The position numbers were made by a program, and so were the translations under genes. Shown piece after piece: positions 1-9,575 of a DNA stretch of 64,000 nt. Origin of the DNA: a bacterium. Lineage in GTDB: Bacteria > UBA8248 > JACPRG01 > G963555815. A model generated the notes under the pieces. It was not told the DNA's origin and made no database searches. It saw only the letters and a program-made list of their open reading frames with translations. The DNA lies in the NCBI GenBank assembly GCA_965261595.1, contig CBDHDG010000007.1:352001-416000 (forward strand). The letters are read 5' to 3'. How positions within the stretch are numbered: position 1 is the stretch's first letter; each line of letters opens with the position of its first letter.

Positions 1-146
1 AGTGGTCCGCGAAGCCGCTCGTCATCATGGAGCGGCACGACGTGGTCGCCGTCGCCTCCGAGGAGGTGGCGCTGCGTCAGGTGTTCCCCGAGGAGATCGA
101 GCGGTTCGAGCCCCAGGAAAACGAGGTCATAACGTGGTCGACCTAG
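1..146 (+). CDS. glxB: C-terminal end of class II glutamine amidotransferase (GlxB / N-methylglutamate synthase subunit A-like), 5' truncated by window edge
   Basis: Frame 3 reads WSAKPLVIMERHDVVAVASEEVALRQ...RFEPQENEVITWST*, resembling the GlxB C-terminus; it overlaps the start of the glxC-like gene. Confidence 0.7.
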   Translation, partial: WSAKPLVIMERHDVVAVASEEVALRQVFPEEIERFEPQENEVITWST

Positions 147-817
147 ACGCCCAGGGAAAGACAACCCGGGAGATCAACACGGCCCTCAAGCGGCTGGCCG
201 CCGAGGGGGAGGAGGTCTGTCTCCTGAACCCGCAGGCCCGCCACAACCTGGCCGTGGGCGTCTTCCATCGGTTTCAACTCGTGATCGAGGGAAGCGTCGG
301 TTATTTCGCCGCCAGCCTGGGCGACGGCCCCGAGGTGTACATCCGGGGAAACGCCGGATGGGCCCTGGGCGACAACATGATGGACGGCCGGATCCACGTC
401 TTGAAAAACGCGGGGGCCTCCTGCGGTTGCACCATTCACAACGGCGAAATCGTCGTCGGGGGGAGCGTCGGCGCCCGATGCGGCATCTCCATGAAGGGCG
501 GAACCATTGTGGTGGGGGGAAACGCCGGGTACCTGACCGGATTCATGATGCAGCAGGGTCGCATCATCGTCTGCGGGGACGTGGGCGACGCCGTGGGGGA
601 TTCGATGTACCAGGGCGCCATCTATGTGGGGGGCAAAACGGACGCCTTGGGGAACGACGCCAGGTTCGAGGACATGGACAAGGGCGAGGCGGAAGGGCTC
701 GCGGAGACCCTCGACCGCAACGAGATCTCCCTGAAACCCGTGTTCAAGAAGATCGTGTGCGCCGGTAAGCTTTACCACTTCGACAAGCTCGAGCTTCTGG
801 AGCGTCAGGTCGTCTGA
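134..817 (+). CDS. glxC: GXGXG-domain protein (GlxC / MgsB-like)
   Basis: Repeated GNAG/GSVG/GDVG beta-helix motifs, NPQARHNLAVG, ends KLYHF; GTG start at 134 after GAGG. Confidence 0.85.
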   Translation: MVDLDAQGKTTREINTALKRLAAEGEEVCLLNPQARHNLAVGVFHRFQLVIEGSVGYFAASLGDGPEVYIRGNAGWALGDNMMDGRIHVLKNAGASCGCTIHNGEIVVGGSVGARCGISMKGGTIVVGGNAGYLTGFMMQQGRIIVCGDVGDAVGDSMYQGAIYVGGKTDALGNDARFEDMDKGEAEGLAETLDRNEISLKPVFKKIVCAGKLYHFDKLELLERQVV

Positions 818-842
818 GGGCCGTCCCCAGGCGAACACCGAT

Positions 843-881
843 CCTTGGGTCCGCCGACCCCAAGGGTCCGCCGACCCAAGG
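843..881. repeat. Small intergenic tandem duplication with hairpin potential
   Basis: GGGTCCGCCGACCC(C)AA occurs twice in tandem; CCTTGGGTC (843-851) and GACCCAAGG (873-881) are complementary. Confidence 0.6.
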
Positions 882-903
882 GCTCGAAAGGACTCCCCAG
901 CCG

Positions 904-2205
904 ATGATAGAGAAAACCAACGCCACCTGGACTCCCGACGTCATCGAGGACATCCACGCCAAAGCCGATCTCGGCCGTTACCGCCTCAGCAGTTTCAGCA
1001 CCTTTCAGCGCGTCCCGCACTTCGACGACCTGGTCTTCCTCTCCACCGGCCTGACGCGGTTCCCCCTCGAAGGGTACAAGGAGAGGTGTAACACCAAAAC
1101 GGTGATCGGCGCCCGGTATGCCCGGGAGCCGCTCGAGATCGACATCCCCATCTACATCAGCGGCATGAGCTACGGGGCCCTGTCGCGAAGCGCGAAGACG
1201 GCCCTCGGGCTCGGCGCGTCGAAGGTCGGGACGGCCACCTGCACCGGGGACGGGGGCATGCTCAAGGAAGAGCGGGAGGCCTCCAAGAAGCTCATCTACC
1301 AGATCCTCCCCAGCCGGTACGGCTTCGATCCCCATCACCTCGTCGGGGCCGAGGCCATCGAAATCGTGGTGGGCCAGGGCGCCAAGCCGGGGACGGGCGG
1401 AATGCTCATGGGGATGAAGGTCCGCGACGACGTGGCCGAGCAGCGCGTCCTCCCCGCCGGAATCGACCAGCGCAGCCCCACCCGCCATCCGGACTGGCTC
1501 GGGCCGGATGATCTGGCGATCAAGGTGGAACAGATCCGCGAGGCAACGGACGGACGGGTCCCGGTGCAGATCAAGCTCCCGGCCTGCCGGGTGAAAGACG
1601 ACGTAAAGCTGGCGGCCAAATGCGGGGTCGACGCCATCGTCATCGACGGCATGCAGGCCGGCACGGGCGCTTCGAGTCAGATCCTCCTGGACCATAGCGG
1701 CATTCCCACCATGCCCGCCATCGTAGCCGCCCGCGAAGCCCTCCAGGAGATTGGCCTGTACGGGAAGATTTCGCTCATCGCCTCGGGCGGCATCCGGAAC
1801 GGGGCCGACGTCGCCAAGGCCCTGGCCCTGGGGGCGGACGCCTGCGCCATCGGCATCGCCGCCCTCATCGCCCTGAATTGCAACCGCGAGATCCCGGAGT
1901 CCGACTTTCTGAAGGAGGTCGGGGTTCCGGCCGGCGCCTGCAACAAGTGCTACACGGGCCGGTGTCCGGTGGGGATCGCCACCCAGGACCCGGAGCTGGA
2001 GAAGCGCCTCGATCCGGCCGAGGCGGGCGGGCGCGTAGCCAATTTCCTCAACGGCTGTACGATGGAGGCCGCCCTGTTGGCGCGCTCGCTGGGCAAGGGC
2101 GACATCCACAGCCTCGAGCCCGAGGACCTGGCCGCGCTGACCCTCGAAGCCTCGGCGATGGCCCGGGTTCCCCTGGCCGGCACGGACTTTGTTTTCGGCG
2201 CCTGA
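904..2205 (+). CDS. glxD: FMN-binding glutamate synthase family protein (GlxD / MgsC-like)
   Basis: GMSYGALS, GQGAKPGTGG, SGGIRNGADVAKALALGAD and CxxCxxxxCPVGIATQD motifs; 433 aa stand-alone FMN domain. Confidence 0.9.
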   Translation: MIEKTNATWTPDVIEDIHAKADLGRYRLSSFSTFQRVPHFDDLVFLSTGLTRFPLEGYKERCNTKTVIGARYAREPLEIDIPIYISGMSYGALSRSAKTALGLGASKVGTATCTGDGGMLKEEREASKKLIYQILPSRYGFDPHHLVGAEAIEIVVGQGAKPGTGGMLMGMKVRDDVAEQRVLPAGIDQRSPTRHPDWLGPDDLAIKVEQIREATDGRVPVQIKLPACRVKDDVKLAAKCGVDAIVIDGMQAGTGASSQILLDHSGIPTMPAIVAAREALQEIGLYGKISLIASGGIRNGADVAKALALGADACAIGIAALIALNCNREIPESDFLKEVGVPAGACNKCYTGRCPVGIATQDPELEKRLDPAEAGGRVANFLNGCTMEAALLARSLGKGDIHSLEPEDLAALTLEASAMARVPLAGTDFVFGA

Positions 2206-2229
2206 GACGCCGCGGAAGGGTCGAATGCC

Positions 2230-2514
2230 ATGTCGTTCCTGATCCCCTGTCCGCACTGTGGCCCCCGGAGCGTGTACGAGTTTCGCTACGGCGGCGAATA
2301 CAAGAAGCGGCCCCGGCCCGACGCCCTTGAAAGCGAGTGGACCCGCTACAACTTCCTCCAGGCCAACGCGGCTGGCGAGCAAAAGGAGTGGTGGTTCCAC
2401 CGGGACGGCTGCCGCGCGTGGTTCTTCGCGGACCGAGACACCGTCACCAACCAGGTCGTCCGAACGTACCGGGCGGAGGAAGGCCCCGGGGGGGAGGACT
2501 CCGAATCCCCATGA
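2230..2514 (+). CDS. soxD: Sarcosine oxidase / N-methylglutamate dehydrogenase delta subunit
   Basis: IPCPHCGPR...EFRYGGE...EWWFHRDGCRAWF...RDTVTN zinc-binding signature. Confidence 0.92.
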   Translation: MSFLIPCPHCGPRSVYEFRYGGEYKKRPRPDALESEWTRYNFLQANAAGEQKEWWFHRDGCRAWFFADRDTVTNQVVRTYRAEEGPGGEDSESP

Positions 2515-5507
2515 GCCGGAATCCCCGCCCCGGCCGCCGCGCCCCGTCCCCCGCTGAAGGGATCGACCGCTCCGCGAGACGCTCCTTCCGGTTCGACGGC
2601 CGCTCCTTCGAGGCCCATCCAGGCGACACCATCGCCTCCGCTCTGCATGCGGCGGGGGTGCGCACACTCAGCCGCAGCTTCAAATACCATCGTCCGCGCG
2701 GCCTTTTTTGCGTCTCGGGAAACTGTCCGAACTGCCTCGTCGAGGTGGACGGCGAGCCCTCGGTCCGCTCCTGCGTCACCCCCGTTCGGGACGGAATGGA
2801 GGTCCGCGGCCAGAACGCCTGGCCTTCGGTCGAGCACGACGCCCTGTCCCTGTCGGACAAGTTCAGCGGCTTCCTCCCGCCGGGTTTCTACTACAAGAGG
2901 TTTTACAAACCGGCGTGGATGTGGCCCATCTACGAGAAATTTCTCCGCCGGATGGCGGGTCTCGGCGTCGTCCGTCCGAAAAACGGCGCGGGCCGCAACC
3001 GCCCCGGAAAGGGAGGGGGGGGGGGGAAGACCGAATCCTGGGAAAAGGAATACCACGACGCCGAGTTGACCATCATCGGCGCGGGAATATCCGGTCTGGC
3101 CGCCGCCCTGGAGGCCGCGCGGTGCGGGGTCTCCGTGACCCTGGTGGATGAGGGCGCAAGTCCGGGCGGCCACCTCCGTGCGGTGACCCGTCCCCTCGCG
3201 GGGCCGCGGGAATGGGCGGGCCTTCCCGGCTGCGAAGCCGTCGGCCGCATGGCGGCGGAGCTCGAGGGGCTTCCCAATGTCTCCATCTGGTCCGGGGCCT
3301 CCGCCCTCGGCGTCTATGAAGACAACTTGGTGGGGGTGCTGAAAGGGCGCCGGTTCATCCAGATCCGGACCCGGCGCCTGCTGGTCGCGACGGGGTCGTA
3401 CGAACAGCCCCTGCTCTTCCACAACAACGACCTTCCCGGTGTGTTCCTCAGCCGGGGACTCCTGAAACTGATGAATCTTCAGGGCGTCCTGCCCGGCCGT
3501 CGGGCCTTGGTATACGGCTCGCACGTCGAGGCCCTCGCCGTCGCGTGCGAGCTTCTGGACGCGGGGGTGCGGGTCGTGGGCGTCGCCGGGCCGGTGTGCG
3601 GGCTGCCCGAAGGGGGGGAGGAATGGCGCCGGCTCCGGGACGCGCGCGTTTCCCTCTTTCCGGGATGGACCTTGGCCGAGGCGGGGGGGCGAAACCGCGT
3701 CGAGTTGGCCCGGCTGATTCGGCCGGCCTCGGGACCGGCCGGCGGACCTGATGAGGTTGTTCTCCCATGTGACGTCATCGCCCTCTCGGCGGGTTTCGCG
3801 CCCGCCGCGGAACTTCTGACGATGAGCGGTGGGCAGATCCGCTTCGGAAACCCCTCCGGAGAGCCCGTCCCAGGGGATCTCCCGCCCGGGATTTCGGGCG
3901 CGGGCGAAGTGATGGGCGTACACGGCTTGGCAGCGGTTCTCACGCATGGAAGGATCGCGGGCCTGGAGGCCGCCCTCTCGCTCGGGGCGGCCGGCGCCTC
4001 CGGCCGGGAGCGCCTGGAGATCCTCCGGCGGGAGTTCGAGGGCGCCGGCCCGGGAGAGCACGCCGGGGCGTTCGGGCTCGCGCCGCAAGAACCCGACCGG
4101 AAAAAACGCTTCGTCTGTCTTTGCGAGGACGTAACGGAGAAAGACATCCGCGCCTGCATCGATGAGGGCTACGACAACGTCGAGACCCTCAAGCGCTACA
4201 GCACCATCGGGATGGGCCCGTGCCAGGGAAAGGTCTGCAACACCATCGCCGCCCGGGTTTGCGGCCGGGACACCGGACTGCCCCTGGAACAAACGCGTCT
4301 GACCACTTCCCGGCCTCCCGTCCGTTCGATCCCGCTGGGTGCGTTGGCCGGCCGGCACTATCAGCCGGTGCGCCGAACCCCCATGCACGAGCGCCACCAG
4401 TCTCTGGGGGCTCGGTGGATGGACGCCGGGGACTGGAAGCGGCCGGAATATTACACCTCGCCCGACGAGGAGTGCCGCGCCGTCCACGAAGGCGTCGGAC
4501 TGATTGACCTCAGCACCCTGGGGAAGCTCGACATCCAGGGCAAGGACGCCGTCTGGCTCCTGGAAAAGGTCTATAACAACCAGTACGAAAAGCTCAAGGT
4601 CGGGCGGATCCGGTACGGGGTGATGTGCGACGACAGCGGGATCATCTTCGACGACGGCACGGTCAGCCGCGTGGCGGAAGACCGCTTTTTCGTGACCACG
4701 ATCACCAGCGGGATCGACACCGTCGAGCAGTGGCTGAACTGGTGGGTCATCGGGACCGGCAAGACCATACACATCACGAATGTGACGGCCGCCTACGCGG
4801 CGGTGAACCTGGCCGGGCCGCGCGCGCGCGACGTCCTGGCCGGCCTGACCGATCTCGACATGTCCAACGAGGCCCTGCCTTATATGGCCTTCGCCGAGGG
4901 GGAGGTCGCCGGAATTCCCGCGCAACTTCTTCGGATCGGGTTTGTGGGCGAGCTCGGCTACGAGATTCATTGTCCGGCCGAGCACGGGGAATCCTTGTGG
5001 GAAGTCCTCATGGAGGCCGGCAAACCCTACGGAATCGCCCCCTTCGGGGTGGAGCCCCAGAGAATTCTCCGGTTGCAGAAGGGCCACATCATCGTCGGAC
5101 AGGACACGGACGCGCTATCCAACTCGTTCGAGGCCGACATGGCCTGGATCGTAAAGCTCAACAAACCCGACTTCATCGGCCGACACGCCCTGGAGCGTAT
5201 CCAGAAAACCGGTCTCCGCTGGAAGCTCATCGGATTCGAAGTGGAGGACGCCTCCACTGTAGCTGAAGAGGGCGACCAGATCGTCCCCGCCGACAATATC
5301 GACGGTCCGAACGGGCGAATCCTGGGCCGTGTGACCAGCTCCCGGTTCAGCCGGCGCCTGGGGAAATCCATCGGGTTGGGGTGGGTCCTCGCTGAGATGA
5401 GCGAGCCGGGGACGGAAATCTATATTCGGGTCGGGGGCAGGCCGCAAAAGGCCGTCATCACGCCTCCCCCCTTCTACGACCCGGAGGGGAAAAGACTCAA
5501 GATGTGA
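2511..5507 (+). CDS. soxA: Sarcosine oxidase / N-methylglutamate dehydrogenase alpha subunit
   Basis: GDTIASAL...SRSFKYHRPRG, GAGISGL Rossmann motif, CLCEDVT / GMGPCQG, GcvT-like C-terminus ending FYDPEGKRLK; ATG at 2511 overlaps the soxD stop (ATGA). Confidence 0.92.
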   Translation: MSRNPRPGRRAPSPAEGIDRSARRSFRFDGRSFEAHPGDTIASALHAAGVRTLSRSFKYHRPRGLFCVSGNCPNCLVEVDGEPSVRSCVTPVRDGMEVRGQNAWPSVEHDALSLSDKFSGFLPPGFYYKRFYKPAWMWPIYEKFLRRMAGLGVVRPKNGAGRNRPGKGGGGGKTESWEKEYHDAELTIIGAGISGLAAALEAARCGVSVTLVDEGASPGGHLRAVTRPLAGPREWAGLPGCEAVGRMAAELEGLPNVSIWSGASALGVYEDNLVGVLKGRRFIQIRTRRLLVATGSYEQPLLFHNNDLPGVFLSRGLLKLMNLQGVLPGRRALVYGSHVEALAVACELLDAGVRVVGVAGPVCGLPEGGEEWRRLRDARVSLFPGWTLAEAGGRNRVELARLIRPASGPAGGPDEVVLPCDVIALSAGFAPAAELLTMSGGQIRFGNPSGEPVPGDLPPGISGAGEVMGVHGLAAVLTHGRIAGLEAALSLGAAGASGRERLEILRREFEGAGPGEHAGAFGLAPQEPDRKKRFVCLCEDVTEKDIRACIDEGYDNVETLKRYSTIGMGPCQGKVCNTIAARVCGRDTGLPLEQTRLTTSRPPVRSIPLGALAGRHYQPVRRTPMHERHQSLGARWMDAGDWKRPEYYTSPDEECRAVHEGVGLIDLSTLGKLDIQGKDAVWLLEKVYNNQYEKLKVGRIRYGVMCDDSGIIFDDGTVSRVAEDRFFVTTITSGIDTVEQWLNWWVIGTGKTIHITNVTAAYAAVNLAGPRARDVLAGLTDLDMSNEALPYMAFAEGEVAGIPAQLLRIGFVGELGYEIHCPAEHGESLWEVLMEAGKPYGIAPFGVEPQRILRLQKGHIIVGQDTDALSNSFEADMAWIVKLNKPDFIGRHALERIQKTGLRWKLIGFEVEDASTVAEEGDQIVPADNIDGPNGRILGRVTSSRFSRRLGKSIGLGWVLAEMSEPGTEIYIRVGGRPQKAVITPPPFYDPEGKRLKM

Positions 5508-5591
5508 ACCCCGCGGAAACCGTGTAGTCCAGTGCTTTCTTCCGGAAGAAGACGGAATTCTATTCGATGGAGCAATGGGAGTTGCGGCCAT

Positions 5592-5713
5592 GATTTGGTA
5601 GGCCGGGCGCGGGTTGGTTGACCCTCCAGCCCGGCGGCGGGCAAGATGCCCGCCCCACCCGATTGAAAACATCGGCTTTCCACAAACAGGTAGGCCGGGC
5701 ATCCTGCCCGGCC
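5592..5713. repeat. GTAG-headed REP-like palindrome cluster inside the sox operon
   Basis: GGTAGGCCGGGC...GCCCGGCGGCGGGCAAGATGCCCGCCCCACC and GGTAGGCCGGGCATCCTGCCCGGCC; near-identical inverted copy at 41843-41895. Confidence 0.75.
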
Positions 5714-5782
5714 GGAAGGGCAATTCGGGTCTCGATATGTAATGCCGTTCACGACACACCACACAGGGAGAGATTTTTCATC

Positions 5783-6547
5783 GTGCCGGAGACTTTCACC
5801 CCGCCCCGCAAGTCGGCGGTTGAAAAAAGGTTGATCGAGTTGGGCGCCAACCTCGTGGAGCGCGACGGGTGGCGGCAGGCCGAATCCTTCACGTCCGCAC
5901 AGGCCGAAGTGGAGGCCGTCCGGAATGGGGCGGGACTCTTCGACCTCAGCCCCATGACGAAGCTGGATATCCGCGCGTCGAATCCCGCCGCGGTCTGGCC
6001 GTCGATCTTTCCCGGTGTGGATCCCCCGGTGGAATCCGGGAGTCCCGAGGGGGGGAGGGGGGGAGGGGGGGACCGGATCGGCGGGGCGGCGCTTTGCGGC
6101 CGGCCGGTCATTTACGCGAGGTTGAATCCGGAGAGTTTTCTTCTGACCGCGCCGCCGGGATTCGGGCCGGAGATGGAAGCGGCCGTCCGCGAAGCGGCCT
6201 CGGGCGCCGGCGTCGGCGTCACGGATGTGACCTCCGGTCTGTCGGTGTTCGAGCTGGCCGGTCCGTCGGCCGCGCCGATCCTCAGGAAGCTCACCGCCGT
6301 GGCGCCTCCCGCCGAAGACCGACGGGCGGTCCAGGCGCGGGTGGCGGGAGCGCACGCGGTCATCTTTCGGGTGGACGGGGACGCGGAAGCCGGAGGCCCC
6401 GCCCTTCCAGCCCTGCGGCTGCACGTGACGCGGGACCTGGGGCTTTACATCTGGGAGGTCCTGGAGGACGCGGGAAGCGAGTTCGGAATCACACCGTATG
6501 GGATCGAGGCGCGATCGCGCCTTTTCCGAAACGTGTTTCCCGGGTAG
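5783..6547 (+). CDS. soxG: Sarcosine oxidase gamma subunit / aminomethyltransferase-like protein
   Basis: GLFDLSPMTKLDI, VTDVTSGLSVFELAGP, YIWEVLEDAGSEFG; GTG start downstream of GGGAG. Confidence 0.75.
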   Translation: MPETFTPPRKSAVEKRLIELGANLVERDGWRQAESFTSAQAEVEAVRNGAGLFDLSPMTKLDIRASNPAAVWPSIFPGVDPPVESGSPEGGRGGGGDRIGGAALCGRPVIYARLNPESFLLTAPPGFGPEMEAAVREAASGAGVGVTDVTSGLSVFELAGPSAAPILRKLTAVAPPAEDRRAVQARVAGAHAVIFRVDGDAEAGGPALPALRLHVTRDLGLYIWEVLEDAGSEFGITPYGIEARSRLFRNVFPG

Positions 6548-6559
6548 AAGGAGAAATTC

Positions 6560-7789
6560 GTGACAAGCGGCGGTGCGCCGAACGGCGCCGACGGTCATCA
6601 AAGGATGTGGAGCTGGACCGACCTGCGGGGCCGGTATGACGTGGTCATCATCGGCGCGGGCGTCCATGGTCTGGCCACGGCCTACTATCTGGCGAAACAG
6701 GGAATCACCGACGTGGCCGTCCTGGACAAAGGCTATCTCGGGGCCGGCGCCAGCGGGCGGAATACGGCCATCGTGCGGTCCAACTACCGGACGGCCGAGG
6801 GCGTGCCCTTTTACGAGGAGAGCCTGAAACTCTATCGGGCGATGTCCGGAGAGCTGGACTTCAACGTGATGCTCTCCCAGCAGGGTCACCTCACCCTGGC
6901 CCACACCGACCGGGCAGTCGCGGGGCTCCGGGAACGCGCGGAGGTCAACCAGATCCTGGGCGTGGACAGCCGTTTGATCTTTCCGAAAGAGATCACCGGA
7001 CTCGTGCCCGGTCTCGATCTCAGCGACCATCCCCGCTTTCCCATCATGGCAGGCCTCTATCACCCGCCCGGCGGGATCATCCGCCACGACGCGGTGGTCT
7101 GGGCCTACGCCCGGGCGGTCCACCGGATGGGGGTGGAGATCCATCCCTTCACCGAGGTCACGGGGATTCGCGTGGAAAACGGGGGGGTGACGGGCGTCTC
7201 GACGACCCGGGGAGAGATCAAGACCGGCACGGTCCTCAACGCCACGGCCGGCTGGTGCTCGATCATCGCCAAAATGGTCGGGTTGGACCTGCCGGTGGTG
7301 ACCCACCCCCTCCAGGCGTTCGTCACCGAGCCGCTGAAACCTTTCCTTCACACCGTGATTGTCTCGGGCACCCTGCACGTCTACCTCAGCCAGACGGGCA
7401 GAGGGGAGCTGGTCATCGGCGCGGAGATCGATCCCTACGCCTCCTACAGCATGCGGTCCACGCTGCCGTTCCTGGAAGAGTGCGCCACCCACGTCCTGGA
7501 GCTCTTTCCCTGCCTGGAGGAGATCCGCGTCCTGCGCCAATGGGCGGGAATCTGCGACATGACGCCGGACTTCAGCCCCATCATCGGTCCGGTGGAAGAG
7601 GTCAAGGGGTACTTTCTCGACGTGGGGTGGGGGACTTACGGCTTCAAGGCCGGGCCCATCGCGGGGAAGATGACGGCCGAGTGCATCGCGACCGGCAAGG
7701 TTCCGGACCTCATCGCCCCCTTCGCGCTCTCCCGCTTTCGTGACGACAACCTTGTGGGCGAGCGCGCCGCCGCCGCAACGTCCCACTGA
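6560..7789 (+). CDS. soxB: Sarcosine oxidase / N-methylglutamate dehydrogenase beta subunit (FAD-dependent)
   Basis: YDVVIIGAGVHGLATAYYLA, GRNTAIVRSNY, HPLQAFVTEP, GWGTYGFKA. Confidence 0.92.
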   Translation: MTSGGAPNGADGHQRMWSWTDLRGRYDVVIIGAGVHGLATAYYLAKQGITDVAVLDKGYLGAGASGRNTAIVRSNYRTAEGVPFYEESLKLYRAMSGELDFNVMLSQQGHLTLAHTDRAVAGLRERAEVNQILGVDSRLIFPKEITGLVPGLDLSDHPRFPIMAGLYHPPGGIIRHDAVVWAYARAVHRMGVEIHPFTEVTGIRVENGGVTGVSTTRGEIKTGTVLNATAGWCSIIAKMVGLDLPVVTHPLQAFVTEPLKPFLHTVIVSGTLHVYLSQTGRGELVIGAEIDPYASYSMRSTLPFLEECATHVLELFPCLEEIRVLRQWAGICDMTPDFSPIIGPVEEVKGYFLDVGWGTYGFKAGPIAGKMTAECIATGKVPDLIAPFALSRFRDDNLVGERAAAATSH

Positions 7790-7868
7790 CCTCGGCCGCG
7801 CCGTCGCGTGGCCGGTAGACGGTGCAGGCCTTCCCACCGGATGGAAGTCTTGAAAAGGAGGAACCGGC

Positions 7869-8687
7869 GTGCCGTACAAGAAAGGCGAACCGATTCTTTG
7901 GGAGCATTTGACCTGGGATGAGGCCGAGGCGATCTGCAAGAAAGTGGGCATGGCCATCATCTGCGTCGGGGCCATCGAGCAGCACGGCCCGCATCTTCCG
8001 GTGAACGTGGACATTTCCATCAATTACGAAATCGGCAAGCGCATCTCCGTGGCGACGGGCGTCCCCGTCCTGCCGCCGATCTACCCGGGGGTGTCTGAAT
8101 CCCACGGCTTCGCCGGGACCCTCTACGTCCGTCCCGAGACGCTGAGCATGATGATGTACGACATCTGCCGGAGCCTGTATGAGAAAAGCCGGGTCAAGAA
8201 GATCCTCGTGATCAACGGGCACATGTGGAACCAGGCCGCCAACCTGGCGATCCGGGACAACATGCGGTGCGATTATGAGGACCTCCAGATCCGGGTGCTG
8301 AACTGGTGGGACTTCGACAAGGAGGTCTACGCCCTGGTCGCCTCGGACTGCCCCCTGGGGCGGAGCCTCCACGCCAACATCGGGGAGACCGCCTGCATGC
8401 TCGCCATCTCCCCCGAGTTGTGCGACATGAAGAAGGCGAAGCGTTTAAAGGTGGACACCCCGGAATATCCCCATTTCTGGGATTACCGGGAGGAGGAGAT
8501 GACCCGAAGCGGCGTCATGGGATCCGCGGCCACAAAGGCCACAGCCGAGCTTGGGGAAAAGATTCTCTCTCTGGCGGCGGGCAAGTTGATCGCCGAGGTC
8601 AAGAAGGCCCTGAAAGAAAAGCCCAGGTACAAGGCGCCCAACAAACTGGCCAGACCTCCGGGAGGAAACGGCTCCAAGAAAAAGTAA
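7869..8687 (+). CDS. Creatininase / creatinine amidohydrolase family protein
   Basis: GAIEQHGPHLPVNVD, PIYPGVSESH, INGH..N, HA...ETA, SGVMG...ATAELGE motifs. Confidence 0.85.
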   Translation: MPYKKGEPILWEHLTWDEAEAICKKVGMAIICVGAIEQHGPHLPVNVDISINYEIGKRISVATGVPVLPPIYPGVSESHGFAGTLYVRPETLSMMMYDICRSLYEKSRVKKILVINGHMWNQAANLAIRDNMRCDYEDLQIRVLNWWDFDKEVYALVASDCPLGRSLHANIGETACMLAISPELCDMKKAKRLKVDTPEYPHFWDYREEEMTRSGVMGSAATKATAELGEKILSLAAGKLIAEVKKALKEKPRYKAPNKLARPPGGNGSKKK

Positions 8688-8717
8688 CCCCCGTCAAACC
8701 CATAGGGAGGAAAGCAA

Positions 8718-9494
8718 GTGGTCTTCGACGGCTGGAAGATGTACGACCTGACCATGACCCTCGGGCACGATTACCCCGCTTTTCCCATCGGCCTTCAGGA
8801 CGTCCGGATTGTGAGGGACGTCCGGCGCGCGCGTTATACGGCCAACGCCGACAAGATTGAGATGTCCTGTCACGCCGGCACGCACCTGGACGGCCCGCTT
8901 CACTTCGAGCCACGCGGAAAAACCATCGATCAGTTCCCCCTCGCCGGAAAGCTCGTCGGCGAGGGCGTGATCGTCGACATCAGCAAACAGTGCGGGGATT
9001 ACGACTTTTACGGCGAGAAGGAAATTATGGCCTCGGGCGCGGACGTCCAGCCCGGCGACATCCTGTTCATCCACACGGGTTACCGCCGGCACGCCCCGGG
9101 GACCCCCAAAGAGGACGATATCAAGTATTTCTATAAACACCCCGGCCCGAAAATGGATTTCGCCAAGTGGTGCAAAAAGATGAAGTTCAAATATCTGGGG
9201 ATTGACGGAGGCAGCCAGGATCACCCGTTGAACACGGGGTTGCAGGGAAAAATCCCGTTCGTGGACGAGGAGTTCTGCAAAAAGCACGGCGTCGACAGCG
9301 TGGCCGACATCTTTCCCCGCAAGACGTGGCAGCTCATGCACAGCGAGCTCTTCAAGCACGAAATCATCCACGTCGAGAACCTGGGCGGGGACCTTCACAA
9401 AATTCTCAACAAGCGGGCGATCATCGGGACCTTCCCGCTCAAGCTGATCGCCGAGTCCGCCCCTTGCCGGGTTGCCGCCTGGGTGAAGACGTAA
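8718..9494 (+). CDS. Cyclase family metal-dependent hydrolase (kynurenine formamidase-like)
   Basis: HAGTHLDGPLHF signature, GDILFIHTG, HVENLGGDL. Confidence 0.88.
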   Translation: MVFDGWKMYDLTMTLGHDYPAFPIGLQDVRIVRDVRRARYTANADKIEMSCHAGTHLDGPLHFEPRGKTIDQFPLAGKLVGEGVIVDISKQCGDYDFYGEKEIMASGADVQPGDILFIHTGYRRHAPGTPKEDDIKYFYKHPGPKMDFAKWCKKMKFKYLGIDGGSQDHPLNTGLQGKIPFVDEEFCKKHGVDSVADIFPRKTWQLMHSELFKHEIIHVENLGGDLHKILNKRAIIGTFPLKLIAESAPCRVAAWVKT

Positions 9495-9509
9495 TCCCGC
9501 CCCGCGGAC

Positions 9510-9547
9510 AAAAAAAGGGGGGAAGCCTTTGGGCTTCCCCCCTTTTT
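9510..9547. terminator. Bidirectional rho-independent terminator between convergent genes
   Basis: A7-GGGGGGAAGCC-TTTG-GGCTTCCCCCC-T5. Confidence 0.85.
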
Positions 9548-9575
9548 CATTGCCTGGATTGAATAATGCGCCCGC

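Noticed and set aside
904..2205. Canonical glutamate synthase GltB
   Set aside because: Only the FMN domain is present; the split glxB/C/D layout beside sox-like genes fits N-methylglutamate synthase better
805..8023. Very long minus-strand ORFs (805-2667, 2346-5087, 5474-8023) and similar antisense ORFs elsewhere
   Set aside because: They are shadows of well-supported genes on the other strand in high-GC DNA and carry no recognisable motifs
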